A stretch of 44,914 bases of DNA from Chiloscyllium plagiosum. Lineage: Eukaryota. How positions within the stretch are numbered: position 1 is the stretch's first letter; each line of letters begins with the position of its first letter. This document shows positions 1 through 11,039 of this stretch, piece after piece. Both the position numbers and the translations under genes were made by a program. Location: the NCBI RefSeq assembly GCF_004010195.1, contig NC_057756.1:8620208-8665121 (forward strand). The letters run 5' to 3'. The notes below the pieces were generated by a model. That model worked only from the letters and a program-made list of their open reading frames with translations. It did no database searches and was not told the DNA's origin.

Positions 1-372
1 TTATAGAGGTTTACAAAATTATGAGGGGCATGGATAGGATAAATAGACAAAGTCTTTTCCCTGGGGTCGGGGAGTCCAGAACTAGAGGGCATAGGTTTAG
101 GGTGAGAGGGGAAAGATATAAAAGAGACCTAAGGGGCAACTTTTTCATGCAGAGGGTGGTACGTGTATGGAATGAGCTGCCAGAGGATGTGGTGGAGGCT
201 GGTACAATTGCAACACTTAAGAGGCATCCGGATGGGTAGATGAAGAGGAAGGGTTTAGAGGGATATGAGCCGGGTGCTGGCAGGTGGGACTAGATTGGGT
301 TGGGATATCTGATCGGCATGGACGGGTTGGACCGAAGGGTCTGTTTCCATGCTGTACATCTCTATGACTCTA
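1..372 (+). mobile_element. CR1/HER1-type LINE 3' end (RT C-terminus and 3' UTR)
   Basis: Translates to TRGHRFRVRGERYKRDLRGNFFMQRVVRVWNELP, the typical CR1 ORF2 C-terminus. Ends in a CTCTATGACTCTA tail. Near-identical inverted copy at 44578-44914. Confidence 0.9.
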
Positions 373-389
373 ACACTCACAGCACTGAC

Positions 390-447
390 CTGAAACAGCA
401 GAAATAGCATTGAGCAGTGCGAGCAGTACTCCCCATTGGATGTATCT
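390..447 (-). pseudogene. Signal-peptide exon of a paralogous B7-like IgV gene (copy A); rest of the gene would lie left of the window
   Basis: ttacag|AGATACATCC...GTTTCAG|gtcagt, 58 nt, RYIQWGVLLALLNAISAVS. It differs from 35245-35302 by two substitutions. Its ATG exon is missing (see findings), so functional status is uncertain. Confidence 0.7.
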
Positions 448-526
448 CTGTAACAAGAAAACACAGTTAAACCCTTCACAACAGATTGTTGCTGGCACCT
501 CTTTGCTTCGCCACCTTCCCCAGATT

Positions 527-1370
527 CTAGATTGGAGTGGTGCTGGAAAAGCACAGCAGGTCAGGCAGCATCCGAGGAGCAGGAAAATCGATGTTTCGGG
601 CAAAAGCCCTTCATCAGGAACGAGGCTGGGAGTGCAGGTTTTGTAATTCAAAACCTGCGCCCACACCTCGTCCCTCACCCCCATCCAAGGCCCCAAAGGA
701 GCCTTCCACATCCATCAAAGTTTCATCTGCACATCCACCAATGTCATTTATTGTATCCGCTGCTCCCGATGCGGTCGATACATTAGGGAAACTGGACGCC
801 TCCTCGCAGAGCGCTTTAGGGAACATCTCTAATCAACCCCACTGCTCCATGGCCCAACATTTCAACTCTCCCTCCCACTCTGCCCAGGACATGCAGGTTC
901 TGGACCTCCTCCACCACTGCTCCCTCACCACCCGACGCCCGGGGGAAGAACGCCTCATGTTCCGCCTCAGAACACTTCAACCCCATGGCATCAATGTGGA
1001 CTTCACCAGTTTCCTCATTTCCACTCCTCCCACCTTACCCCAGTTCCAACCTGCCAGCTCAGCACTATCCTCATGACCTGTCAGACCTGCCAATCTTCCT
1101 TCCCACTTATCCATTCCACCCTCCTCTCCGACCTATCACCTTTACCCCACCTCCAGCCACCTATTGCACTCTTTGCTACCTTCTACCCAGCACCACCCCC
1201 CTCCCATTTATCTCTCCACCCCAGAGGCTCCCTGCCTCATTCCTGATGAAGGGCTCTTGTGCGAAACATCGACTTTCCTGCTTCTCGATGCTGCCTGGCC
1301 TGCTGTGCTTTTTCAGCACCACTCTAATCTTGACTCTGATATCCAGCATCTGCAGTATCCACTTTCACCT
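527..1370 (+). mobile_element. Penelope-like retroelement fragment (GIY-YIG end plus terminal repeat, with an inverted terminal piece at ~527-618)
   Basis: Decayed FHIHQSFICTSTNVIYCIRCSRC...YI(G)ETGR GIY-YIG motif. The terminal repeat (CCTGATGAAGGGC...GAAACATCGA...GCTGCCTG) is present in both orientations. Confidence 0.85.
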
Positions 1371-1487
1371 ACATGATTATTTTAAGACTGCCTGAACTGC
1401 AACCGAACAGATGACGAGCAACGAATGTATACATGTGAGGTGCAGAGTCCGCTCCTCACAGCAACAACAACTCCTCAGCCTGAAACC

Positions 1488-1498
1488 AGTTTCACTTT
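1488..1498. promoter_or_regulatory. ISRE/IRF-like motif AGTTTCACTTT in the copy A promoter region
   Basis: Matches the ISRE core AGTTTCNNTTT. Conserved in copy B at 36432-36442, just upstream of exon 1. Confidence 0.45.
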
Positions 1499-1944
1499 GG
1501 GATGCCGTTTATCATCAGTCAGTTTTCAGGCTGACTCACATTTTATAGAGGGGTAGTAGGGGATAGATCAGTCTATGTACCTTCTCCCTCTCCCGGGAGG
1601 CTTTTCCCGACAGGGGCTGCACCCGGATTCCTAATCCCGGCTCTCCGTGAGAGATTGGGAAAGTCCAGACTATCCTGAGTCACAGTAACCTTTAAACAGA
1701 GGGAAAAACCAGGCGGTCACACCCTGGTTATCAGTTATTGCCCGAGGGCACTTTATATCTGGACCGACGTGTCCTGACCAGTAGAGCAATGAACGTTTCT
1801 TCCATAAACAAATTTGATCAACAAATAGACCTCACAAATTAACTAAAACGAGTCATTTCCGTTTGTAAAGGAAATAAGAACAGGGGTAGGGTGGCACATA
1901 GATTTAGTGATGTGCAAATGAATTAATGATGTTGTGAGGGGAAA

Positions 1945-2070
1945 CCAAACGGAAATCGCTGGAGAAACTCAGCAGGTCTGGCAGCATCTGTGGTGAAAGA
2001 GCAGAGTTAACATTCTGAACGCAGCTTCCTCTCCCTGGATGCTGCCAGACTTGCTGTTTCTCCAGAGATT
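1945..2070. mobile_element. Short non-autonomous inverted-repeat element (probably Penelope terminal-repeat derived)
   Basis: GCTGGAGAAACTCAGCAGGTCTGGCAGCATC ... GATGCTGCCAGACTTGCTGTTTCTCCAG hairpin. Related copies at 12580-12775 and ~38360-38445. Confidence 0.6.
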
Positions 2071-4257
2071 TATTTTACTTGCTTGTAAGAAGTGGGTGTC
2101 GCAGGCTGGCCAGAATTTATTGTCTGTCCTGAGTTACTTTATTTTGTTTGTTTCAGATCTCCAGTTCCACAGTTCTTTGTTTTGTTTGTGAGTTTTTGAC
2201 GCAGCAAGTAGTTCGGGTGAGCAGTTTCAACTGCGGTTGAACTGCCAAGGCGGTTTCAACTGAGGCAAGCAAGAGGGCATGGGATTGATCACCTCTTTGC
2301 TCAGGGAAGTGCATAAAACAGGGTATGTGGGTCCTATTAACAGGGTTAAAATTCATCAGGGATGGAATGCAGGGATGGGGAAAAGGCAGGAGACTGGGTC
2401 AATAGTGCGAATAGCACCATAATTCTTGACATTTAGCATCCTGCTGTCGGCTCAGTAACCAATCGACAGGAAATCAAATGTTCAGTAACATTTCCCCAAC
2501 ACTCGTGATCACATTATCTTGATAGTTTCAGTTCACTAAATTGAATCTTCAACCTTTCCCTGTCTCGATAGCAGCTCCATTTCTGCTGAACACAGTGTCC
2601 CCAAATCCTGGTCACACAGCACCCATTCCCATCCTCCCCCGTCCCAGCTTCCACATTCCTGTTGATCTCCCACATTTTTAACATCCAAACGTGGGGACTG
2701 GGCATTGTTGACTAGGTGCCCATCCCATGTGGACAAGAGGGCAGTTCACAGTCAATCATACTGTTGTGGCATATGGAATCACATGTAAGCCAGACTGGGT
2801 AAGAACAGCAGATCTCCCCACTGCCAGTATGCCAACCACCCCTTCCCGCTCCAACCCCCCCACCTCCATCCCCATCCACCTCAACACTCCCCTCCCCCTT
2901 TTCTCAGACTGATGAAATCTTGCTATTTGGAAACAACAAATATGCTTGGGGTTGTTTGGGAGCTCCTGAGCAACTTCTCTGGTTAATTTTGCAATTTCCT
3001 CACATTGTGCTAAAAGCTGCTTCTCCTTGGAAGGGATTGGAGTAAAAGAACAATGTAAGTGCATGCTTCCAACAAACTGGTGATCCAGTACTAAGACTGG
3101 GAGAGGGGGAAGGGACAGGAATTAAGACCCCCCTCTGGACAATGTGGGTCTTTCTGCATCTTGACCTGGCTCCCGGTTCTGGGAGATGACCTGCAGACAC
3201 TTACTGTCAATGTTTTCCACCCAGGGACGGGATGGGGTGGGGGGTGCTCTTGGGGAAACTCACTGTCATCATTCCTAACACTCACCTCTTTGCTTAGGGA
3301 AATGCATATAACAGGGTAATTAGTCCTATTAACAGGGGTTACAATTCATCAGTGTATGGGATTGAGGAAAAAAGAGAGAGGATAGGAAAACAAGATGGGC
3401 AAAGTAGGGGAGAGAGACAGGAAAATGGAGGGATAGAGAATGGGGGCAAAGATGGGCTTGCGAGGTGGTTTGAATGGATGCAGATTGTAGACTGGACCAC
3501 AGGTGGAAAGAATGGTTGGAACATAGCAAGAAGTGTGTTAGGGATGTGAGGGGACAAAGCACAGTGGAAGGAAGGAGATTGCCTGGGACAGCATGGAAGG
3601 ATGGTAGGGTCTGGCTGGAAAAGATACAGAGATATTAATTTTGCTTTCTGCTAGAAATGGTACGTTTTATTCCTGGTCTGTGTGGGGGAACAGCTGCTGA
3701 TTATAGTCTTGGAATTCTCTTATCGTCCTAGTGTTTCTCCTTGTGGTTTCATTTTTCCCGCACACTGACAGACATGGTCTCTCTCTTATTAAGGACAATG
3801 AACCCTCGACTCATATTTCCTCTTAAAAATTTCCATATTATTTCTCTGATAAGTATAATGACTGAAGACACTCTGCTGGATGATGTTCCTATCTCTTCCT
3901 TTCCATTGCAGTGTTTGGTTTGTTTCTGTAAACTGTTAATTGTTGAATGAAGTTCCTGGAAATAGCATGCACTCTGTGCCGTATTTGAACAGGGAGCCAG
4001 TGAGAAACCACAATATACAAAATCATGCCACTTTTGGAAACTTGGCACACCTTGCAGGACTGCCAAACACCTGAACTGTAAGATAAATGGATCATATCTT
4101 ATTTGATTGAATATCCAACTGATTCTTAAGCTGGTTATAAACATTGTGCACACATTTAAAGTAGAATAGTCATGTTGTAACTGTCTCTGATATTCTATCA
4201 CACAGTATTCATTTCTATAATGTAATTTAAATTGATTGTTACAATAAACATTCACAA

Positions 4258-4670
4258 GCAATTTAGAAAAGCTGGGGCTTTTTTCCCTGGAGCACTGGAG
4301 GCTGAGGGGTGACCAAGTAGAGGTTTACATAGAGTCATGAAGGACATGGATAGGGTGAATAGCCAATGCCTTTTCGTAGGGGGAAGAAGTCCAAAACTAA
4401 AGGACATGGGTTTAAGGTAAGAGGGGAAAGATTTAAAAATAACTTGAGGGGTAACCTTTTCATCAGAGAGTGGTGCATGCATGGTATGAGCTGCCAAAGG
4501 AAGTGGTGGAGACTGCTACAATTACAACATTTAAAAGGAATCCAGTTGAGTACATGAATAGGAAAGGTTTAGAAGGATATGGGCCAAATGCAGGCAAATG
4601 AGGCTGGGTTATATTCGGACGGCTGGTCAGTGTGGACGAAGAGTCTGTTTCCATGCTGTGTGACTCTATG
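4258..4670 (+). mobile_element. CR1-type LINE 3' fragment
   Basis: LEKLGLFSLE...RLRGD and TKGHGFKVRGERFKNNLRGN motifs. Counterpart in copy B at 42538-42850. Confidence 0.85.
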
Positions 4671-4879
4671 TCCCTATAACTAATTACTCTGCCCCAAATG
4701 CACCCTTCTCATTTGATTCCAGTCCAATTTAACCATTCACTGGAACAACACATCACTTGCCAGATACCCTAGAATAGCCAGGGATCACTGTCACTGGTGC
4801 AATCCTTAAATGTCCATTGTGCTCCCAGACATCAGTTTGGAACTGCTGACCACGGTAGCTGATATGTTCCTCAAATGTG

Positions 4880-5455
4880 GCACCAAGGGAAAAATGGTGC
4901 ACCACTCTGTGGACAGGGACTTGGAGGTCCTGGTGGATGAGCCAATGCAGAAGATGAATGTCCTCATCTCCAGGACTGCCAGAGGACATCATCATACCAG
5001 ACCATGCCAGACTGGTCCAAGATCGCCACTGAGTCAGTGCCATCTCAGCTATCTGGAAGAATACCCAGAAATGTCGGAAGAAGGTCAGTAACCTGCTTCA
5101 TTCTGCCAGGAAGTGTCACCATCAGTTCAGTCTCACTATTGTCTCTCCATCTGTACCCATCTGCCAGCCAAGATCCATACTTTACCCCTCTCACTCTTGC
5201 ATGCAGCATCTTTCTTCACTTTCATCCACCTAAACCCTCCGCATGACTAACCATGCACACCTTCTTACTCACTCCCATGCTAACACCTCTTTGCCATTTC
5301 TCCCATCAACACCAACTTGAACAGCTGTGCCAACCACTAACATCTCTCTTAACACCTCCTTCATTCCAGGAGCAAACAGCCCTGAATAGAGAATAAATAG
5401 AAAAGATGGGAATGGACTGGCCAACATTTGCCCTTATGAGGAGTATGTCCTAAAG
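4880..5455 (+). mobile_element. Decayed Myb/SANT-like (NAIF1/MSANTD-type) ORF of a PIF/Harbinger transposon
   Basis: Frameshifted pieces DRDLEVLVDE, PDWSKIAT, VSAISAIWKNTQKCRKKVSNLLHSAR, then a second exon-like block after ttccag (~5370) ending in PYEE. Confidence 0.6.
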
Positions 5456-5660
5456 ATATTATTAAATGAGTTGAAATGAATGGTTGAAAATATAATTGAA
5501 GGACTGAGTTTGTGAAGGGGTATTATTGAAGCAGTGATGATATTATAGAAATGAGATGATACTATTGAAGGAGATTAAGTGATGATGACATTATTGGAGG
5601 GGGTATTATTAAAGAATGATGATACTATTAAGAAATTATTATTGAAGGGATAATGATTTA
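5456..5660. repeat. AT-rich degenerate tandem repeat, unit like TATTATTGAAGG(A/G)
   Basis: Repeated TATTATTGAAG / ATACTATTGAAG units. The same array resumes at 9010-9295 and 10555-11010. Confidence 0.8.
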
Positions 5661-5661
5661 G

Positions 5662-8600
5662 TTTTATTCCCTTGTGGGATGTGGGTGATACTGTGTCAAC
5701 CAGCATTTATCGGTGAGCTGCCTTCTTGATCCGCTGCAATCCATAGACTATCAGTTAACTTACAATGCCCTTAGGGAGGGAACTCAAGTATTTTCTCTCA
5801 GCAACACTGAAGGAACAGCGATATATATCCAGGATGGCTTGGAATGGAACTTGCAGGTGTATTTGCTGCCCTTGTCCTTCTGGATGGAAGTGATGGACGT
5901 TGTCATGTGTTTGGAAGATGCTGTTTCAGAAGCCTTGGTGAATTTCTGTAATATCTTGGAAATAGTACACACTGCTGCTACTGAGTGTTGGTGGTGGAGG
6001 GACTGGAAGCTTGTGGATATGATGCCAATCAAGCATATTGCTTTATCCTGGATGGTGTCAAGCTTGAGTGTGGTTGGAGCTGTACTAATCCAGTCAAGTG
6101 GGGAGTATTCCATCATACTCCTGATTTATGTGTTGTAGATGGTGGATAGGCTTTGTGGAGTCAGGAAGTGAGTTAATTGTTACAGTATTTCTAGCCTTTT
6201 TAACAGCTCTTGTAGCCATTATGTTCATATGACAAGTTCAGTTGAATATCTGATCAATTGTAACCCCAAGGATTTTGATAGTGGGGGAATTCAGTGATGT
6301 AACACCATTGAATGTCATAAGATTACATTACAGTGTGGAAACAGGCCCTTCGGCCCAAAAAGTCCACACCGACCCGCCGAAGCGCAACCCACCCATACCC
6401 CTACATTTACCCCTTACCTAACACTACGGGCAATTTAGCATGGCCAATTCACCTAACCTGCACATCTTTGCACTGTGGGAGGAAACTGGAGCACCCGGAG
6501 GAAACCCACGCAGACACGGGGAGAACGTGCAAACTCCATACAGTCAGTTGCCTGAGGCGGGAATTGAACCCGGGTCTCTGGCGCTGTGAGGCAGCAATGC
6601 TAACCACTGTGCCACTGTGCCGTCCACGGTGGTTAGACTGTCTCTCATTGGAGATAGTTATTGCATGGCATTTGTGTGCTGCGAATGTTACTTTCCACTT
6701 GTCAGCTCAAGCCTGGATAATGTCCGGTCATGCTGTATTTGAACATGGACTGCTTCAGTATCTGAGGGACCATAAGTGGTACTGAACATTGTGTAATCAT
6801 CCCCACTTCTGAATTGAGGAAATTTGAGACCATGAGGTTGCATATTGTGCTGGAGTACAATTCTGCTGTTGATAGCCCACAGTGCCTCATGGATGCCCAA
6901 TCCTGAGTTGCTAGAATTTGAAGGCGGGACTTGGTCTCCACAAGGAACATGCAGTGGTCACTCTTAAAGATACTGTCAAAGACAACTGCATCTGCAGCCG
7001 GTAGATTAGTAAGGATGATGTCAAGTATGCTTTTCCATCTTGTTGATTCACTCACCACCTACAGCAGACCTAGTCTAGCAGCTATGTGACCTTGTGATAG
7101 AGGGAAGGTCATTGATGAAGCAGCTGTTGGGCTGAGGACATTATTCTGAGGAACTCCCGCAGAGATGATCCTGGAGCTGTGATGACTGGTCTCCAACAAC
7201 CATGACCATTTTCCATATGCCAGGTATGACTGTAACCAGCAGCGAGTTTGCCCCGACACTCATTGATTGCAGCTTTGCTAAGACCCCTTGATATCACGCT
7301 CAGTTGAACGCAGCCTTCATGTCATCTCACCTCTGGAATTCAGCTCTACTGTCCATGTTTGAACCTAAGCTGTAATGAGATCAGGAGCTGAGTGGCCCTG
7401 GCAGAACCTAAACTGGAGTCACTGACCGGTAATTGCTTAGCAGGTGCTGCTTGATACCACTGTTGATGGTACTGTCCATGATTTTATTGATGATCAAAAC
7501 TGATGGAGCAGACCGGTTGGATTCATCCTGCTTTTTGTATACAGGACATACTTGGCCAATTTTCCACATTATCCAGTAGATGCCAGAGTTGTAGCTGTAT
7601 TGGAACAGCTTGGCTAGGGGAGTAGCAAGTTTTGAAACACAAGTCTTCAGTACTGTTGTTGGAATGTTGTCAGGGCCCTTAAACTTTGCAGTATCCAGTG
7701 TCTCCAACCATTTCTTGATATCACGTGGAGTGAATTGAATTAGCTGAAGACTGACATCTGTGATTTTGGAGACCACTGGTTCGTTAATGTTCTTTAAGGA
7801 AGGAAATTGCTGTCCTTAACTGATCTGGCCTACATACAACTCCAGACCCACAGCAATGTGGTTGACACTTAATTGCCCTCTGGATGATTAGGGATGGATA
7901 ATAAATACTGGTAATGGTTCGGTAGAGGATATTTGAGACTGTGAGGTTGCATATTGTGCTGGAGTACAATTCTGCTGCTGTTGATAGCCCACAATGCCTC
8001 ATAGATGCCCAATCCTGAGTTGCTAGAATTTAAAGGCAGGGCTTGGTCTCCACAAGGACCATGCAGTTGTCACTCTTAAAGATACTGTCAAAGACAACTG
8101 CATCTGCAGCCGGCAGATTAGTAAGGATGATGTCAAGTATGCTTTTGCATCTTGTAGAGTCACTCACCACCTATGACAGACCTAGTCTAGCAGCTATGTG
8201 CTTTAGGATAAGACCAGCTCCATCAGTAGGGTTCCTGCCGAGCCACACTTGATGGTGGACATTGAAATTCTTCTTCCACAGTTTTGTACATTTGTGCTCT
8301 TGCCATCTTCTGTGCTTCCTCCTCAGTGTTTTTCAATATGGTGGTGTAGACTCATCAACTGAGAGGATACATGGTGGTTTCCTTGCCCATGTTTAAGCTG
8401 AAGCATGAGAAGTAAGGGATCTGGAGTCAAAGTTGAGGACTTCCAGGGCAACTCCCTCCAAACCGTGTGCCGCCACTTCTGCTGGGTCTGTTCTGTAGGT
8501 GGGACAGGACATATCCAGGGATCGTGCTGGTGATGTCTGGACATTGTCTGTAAAGCATGATTCCGTGCGGCTGTTGCTTGACCAGTGTGTGAGACAGCTC

Positions 8601-9005
8601 TCCCAGTTTTGGCACTGTTTGCAAGGTTGACCAGACTGTTTCTGCCATTGTCTTTTCCGGTGTGTAGCTCAATGCCTACTTCTTTGCAGCGATTGCTGCA
8701 ACTGAGTGGCTTGCTTGGCTATTTCAGAGAAGAGTTGAGGGTCAACCACTTTGCTGTGGGTTGGGAGTAACATTTTGGCCAGAGCAGATGAGGATGACAG
8801 ACTTCCTTCTCTGAAGGGCATTAGTGAGCCCATTTATCCAAACAATTGAAAATGGTTTCATGGTCATCAATAGATTCTTAGTTCCAAAATTTTTTATTGA
8901 ATACTAATTTCACCATGTGCCTTGACAGTTTTAACCTGGGTCCCAGAACATGAGATGAGTTTCTGAATTAAGAGTCGAGCAATAATACCACAAGGCCATC
9001 ACTTC
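5662..9005 (-). mobile_element. L2/CR1-clade LINE, decayed and internally rearranged (AP endonuclease + RT)
   Basis: Minus-strand ORF pieces: VPKLGELSHTLVKQQP (EN start), LDIILTNLPAADAVVFDSIFKSDH (EN end), LDTAKFKGPDNIP...LATPLAKLFQYSY...VCPVYKK (RT), MEYSPLDW, and a 3' tail near 5662-5730. Confidence 0.85.
6318..6627 (-). mobile_element. HE1-type tRNA-derived SINE (V-SINE) nested in the LINE
   Basis: Minus strand has a tRNA-like head (GTGGCACAGTGGTTAGC...GGGTTCAATTCCC), central GGAGTTTGCACGTTCTCCCCGTG and a CR1-like tail GGGCCGAAGGGCCTGTTTCCACACTG. Confidence 0.9.
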
Positions 9006-9009
9006 GTTA

Positions 9010-9295
9010 GTATTGCAGGGACGATGATATTATTGAAGCAGTTATTGTTAAAGAATGGTATTAATGGGGGAGGGGGCGCTATTATAGGAGAGATTATTAT
9101 TGAAAGTATAATGATATTATTGAATGAGCTATTGCAGAAGGATAATGATATTGAAGGGGTTATAATTCAAGGGAATTATATTATTGTGTTGTTTATTATT
9201 GAAAGATAATGAAAAAAATCAAGTGGTTTTCAAAGGATGATATTACTGAACAGCTGATTATTGAAGGATGATAGTATTATTGAGGGGTTTTTTTT
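9010..9295. repeat. AT-rich degenerate tandem repeat, second block
   Basis: Same TATTATTGAAGG-like units. Confidence 0.8.
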
Positions 9296-10555
9296 TCAAG
9301 GGATGTAGGCATTGCTGGCTGGTCAGCATTTATTGCCCTTCCCTCATTGCCCTTGAGAAGATGGTGGTGAACTGCCTCCTTGAACCACTACAGTCCACTT
9401 CTGTGGGTTGATCCACAATGCCAAGATAGGAAGGGAATTCCAGGATTTTGGCCCAGTAACACTGAAGGAACGACGATATATTTCCAAATCAGGGTGGTGT
9501 ATGGCTTAGATGGGAACTTGAAGCTGGTGGTGTTCCCATGTATCTGCTGTCCTTGTCCTTCTACATGGAAGTGGTCACAAGTTTGGAAGGTGCTGTCTGA
9601 GGATGATACACACTGCTGCTTCTGAGCATCGATGTTGGAGGGAGGCGGATGTTTGTGGATGCGATGCCAATCAGGTCTGCTGCTTTATCCTGGTCGGCGT
9701 CAAGTTTCTTGAGTGTTTTTGGAGATGGATACATCTCCATGACACTCCTGACATGTGCCTTGTAGATGGTGGACAGGCTTTGGGGAGTCAGGAGGTGAGT
9801 TACTTGTTGTAATATTCGTAGTCTGTGAACTGCTCTTGTAGCCACCGTGTTTATTTGAAGAGTCCAGTTGAGTTTCTGGTCAATGTAACCCTCAGGATGT
9901 TGATAATGGGGGAATTCAGTGATGGTAGCACCATTTAATATTAAGGACCACTTCTATTGGTGATAGTCATAGCCTAGCATTTGTGTGGTGTGAATGATCA
10001 CTTGCCACTTGTCAGTCCAAGCCTTGATATATCGAGATCTTGTTGCATTTGAACCTGCACAGCTTCAATACCTGAGTCACCACAAATGGTGCTGAACATA
10101 TTGCAATCATCGAAAAACATCTCCACTTCTGATCTTATGATGGAGGGAAGATCATTGATGCAGTAGCTGAAGATGGTTGGGCCTAGGACACTACGCTGAG
10201 GAGCCTCTACAGAGATGTCCTGGAGTCACAATGACTGAACTCGAACAACTAACTTCCTACTTGTCAGGTATGACTCCAATCAATGGAAATTTTTGTCCCC
10301 TGATACCCATTGATTCCAGTTTTACTAGGGCTCCTTGATGCCACATTTGGTCAAATGCAAACTTGATGTCAAGGGCTGACACTCTGACCTCATCTCTGGT
10401 ATTCAGTACATTTATACATATTTGAAGGAAGGCTGTAATGAGGTCAGGAGCTGAGTGGTGCTCGCTAAACCCAAACTGGGCGTCACTGAGCAGGTTGTTG
10501 CTGAGCAGGTGCTGCTTGACAGCATTGTTGATGACATCTTCCATCATTTTACTAA
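9296..10555 (-). mobile_element. L2/CR1-clade LINE 3' portion (RT C-terminal half)
   Basis: LLSDAQFGF...SAPDLITA...ALDIKFAFDQMWHQGALVKLESMGIRG and LSTIYKAHVRSVME. Confidence 0.85.
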
Positions 10556-11010
10556 TTTATATTATTGTGGAGTTTATTAATGAAGGACAATGATATTATT
10601 AAAGGGCTAATTATTGAAGGCGTTATTATTGAAGGATGATGAAATTATTGAAGGGGTTATTATTGAAGATAGATGATAATTATTGAAGGGGCTATTACTG
10701 AAGGGTTATTATTGAAGGATGATGATATTATTAAGGGGTTTATTTTTGAGGGATATTAATATTGTTGAAGGTGTTTTATTGAAAGGATAACACTATTGAA
10801 GGTGTTCTTATTGAAAGACAATGAAATTATTGAAGGTGTTATTACTGAAGGATGGAAATATTACTGAAGGTATTATTATTTGAAGGATAATATTATTGAA
10901 GGGGTTATTATTGAAGAAAGCGGATACTTCATTGAAGGATGGTGATACTATTGAGGGGGTTATTATTAAAGGGGCTATTATTGAAAGTTGGTGACATTAT
11001 TAATATGATT
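10555..11010. repeat. AT-rich degenerate tandem repeat, third block
   Basis: Dense TTATTATTGAAGG(G/A) array. Confidence 0.85.
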
Positions 11011-11039
11011 TTTTACTCATGTTTGGATCACTTTTAGCT

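Larger units (their letters stand above)
373..4575 (-). repeat. Segmental duplicate (copy A) of the 5' part and upstream region of the IgV gene
   Basis: Collinear blocks seen by eye: 373-525~35227-35380, 1383-1822~36208-36970, ~2030-2730~38390-39032, ~2740-4570~40695-42850. They differ by TE insertions and small indels. Confidence 0.9.

Noticed and set aside
3749..4261. 170-aa minus-strand ORF
   Set aside because: The same frame has an early stop in copy B and no recognisable domain.
6560..6627. tRNA-like A/B boxes here and in the other SINE heads
   Set aside because: They are SINE heads without a complete cloverleaf, not tRNA genes.
9024..9209. Ile/Leu-rich 61-aa ORF
   Set aside because: Translation of the AT-rich tandem repeat.
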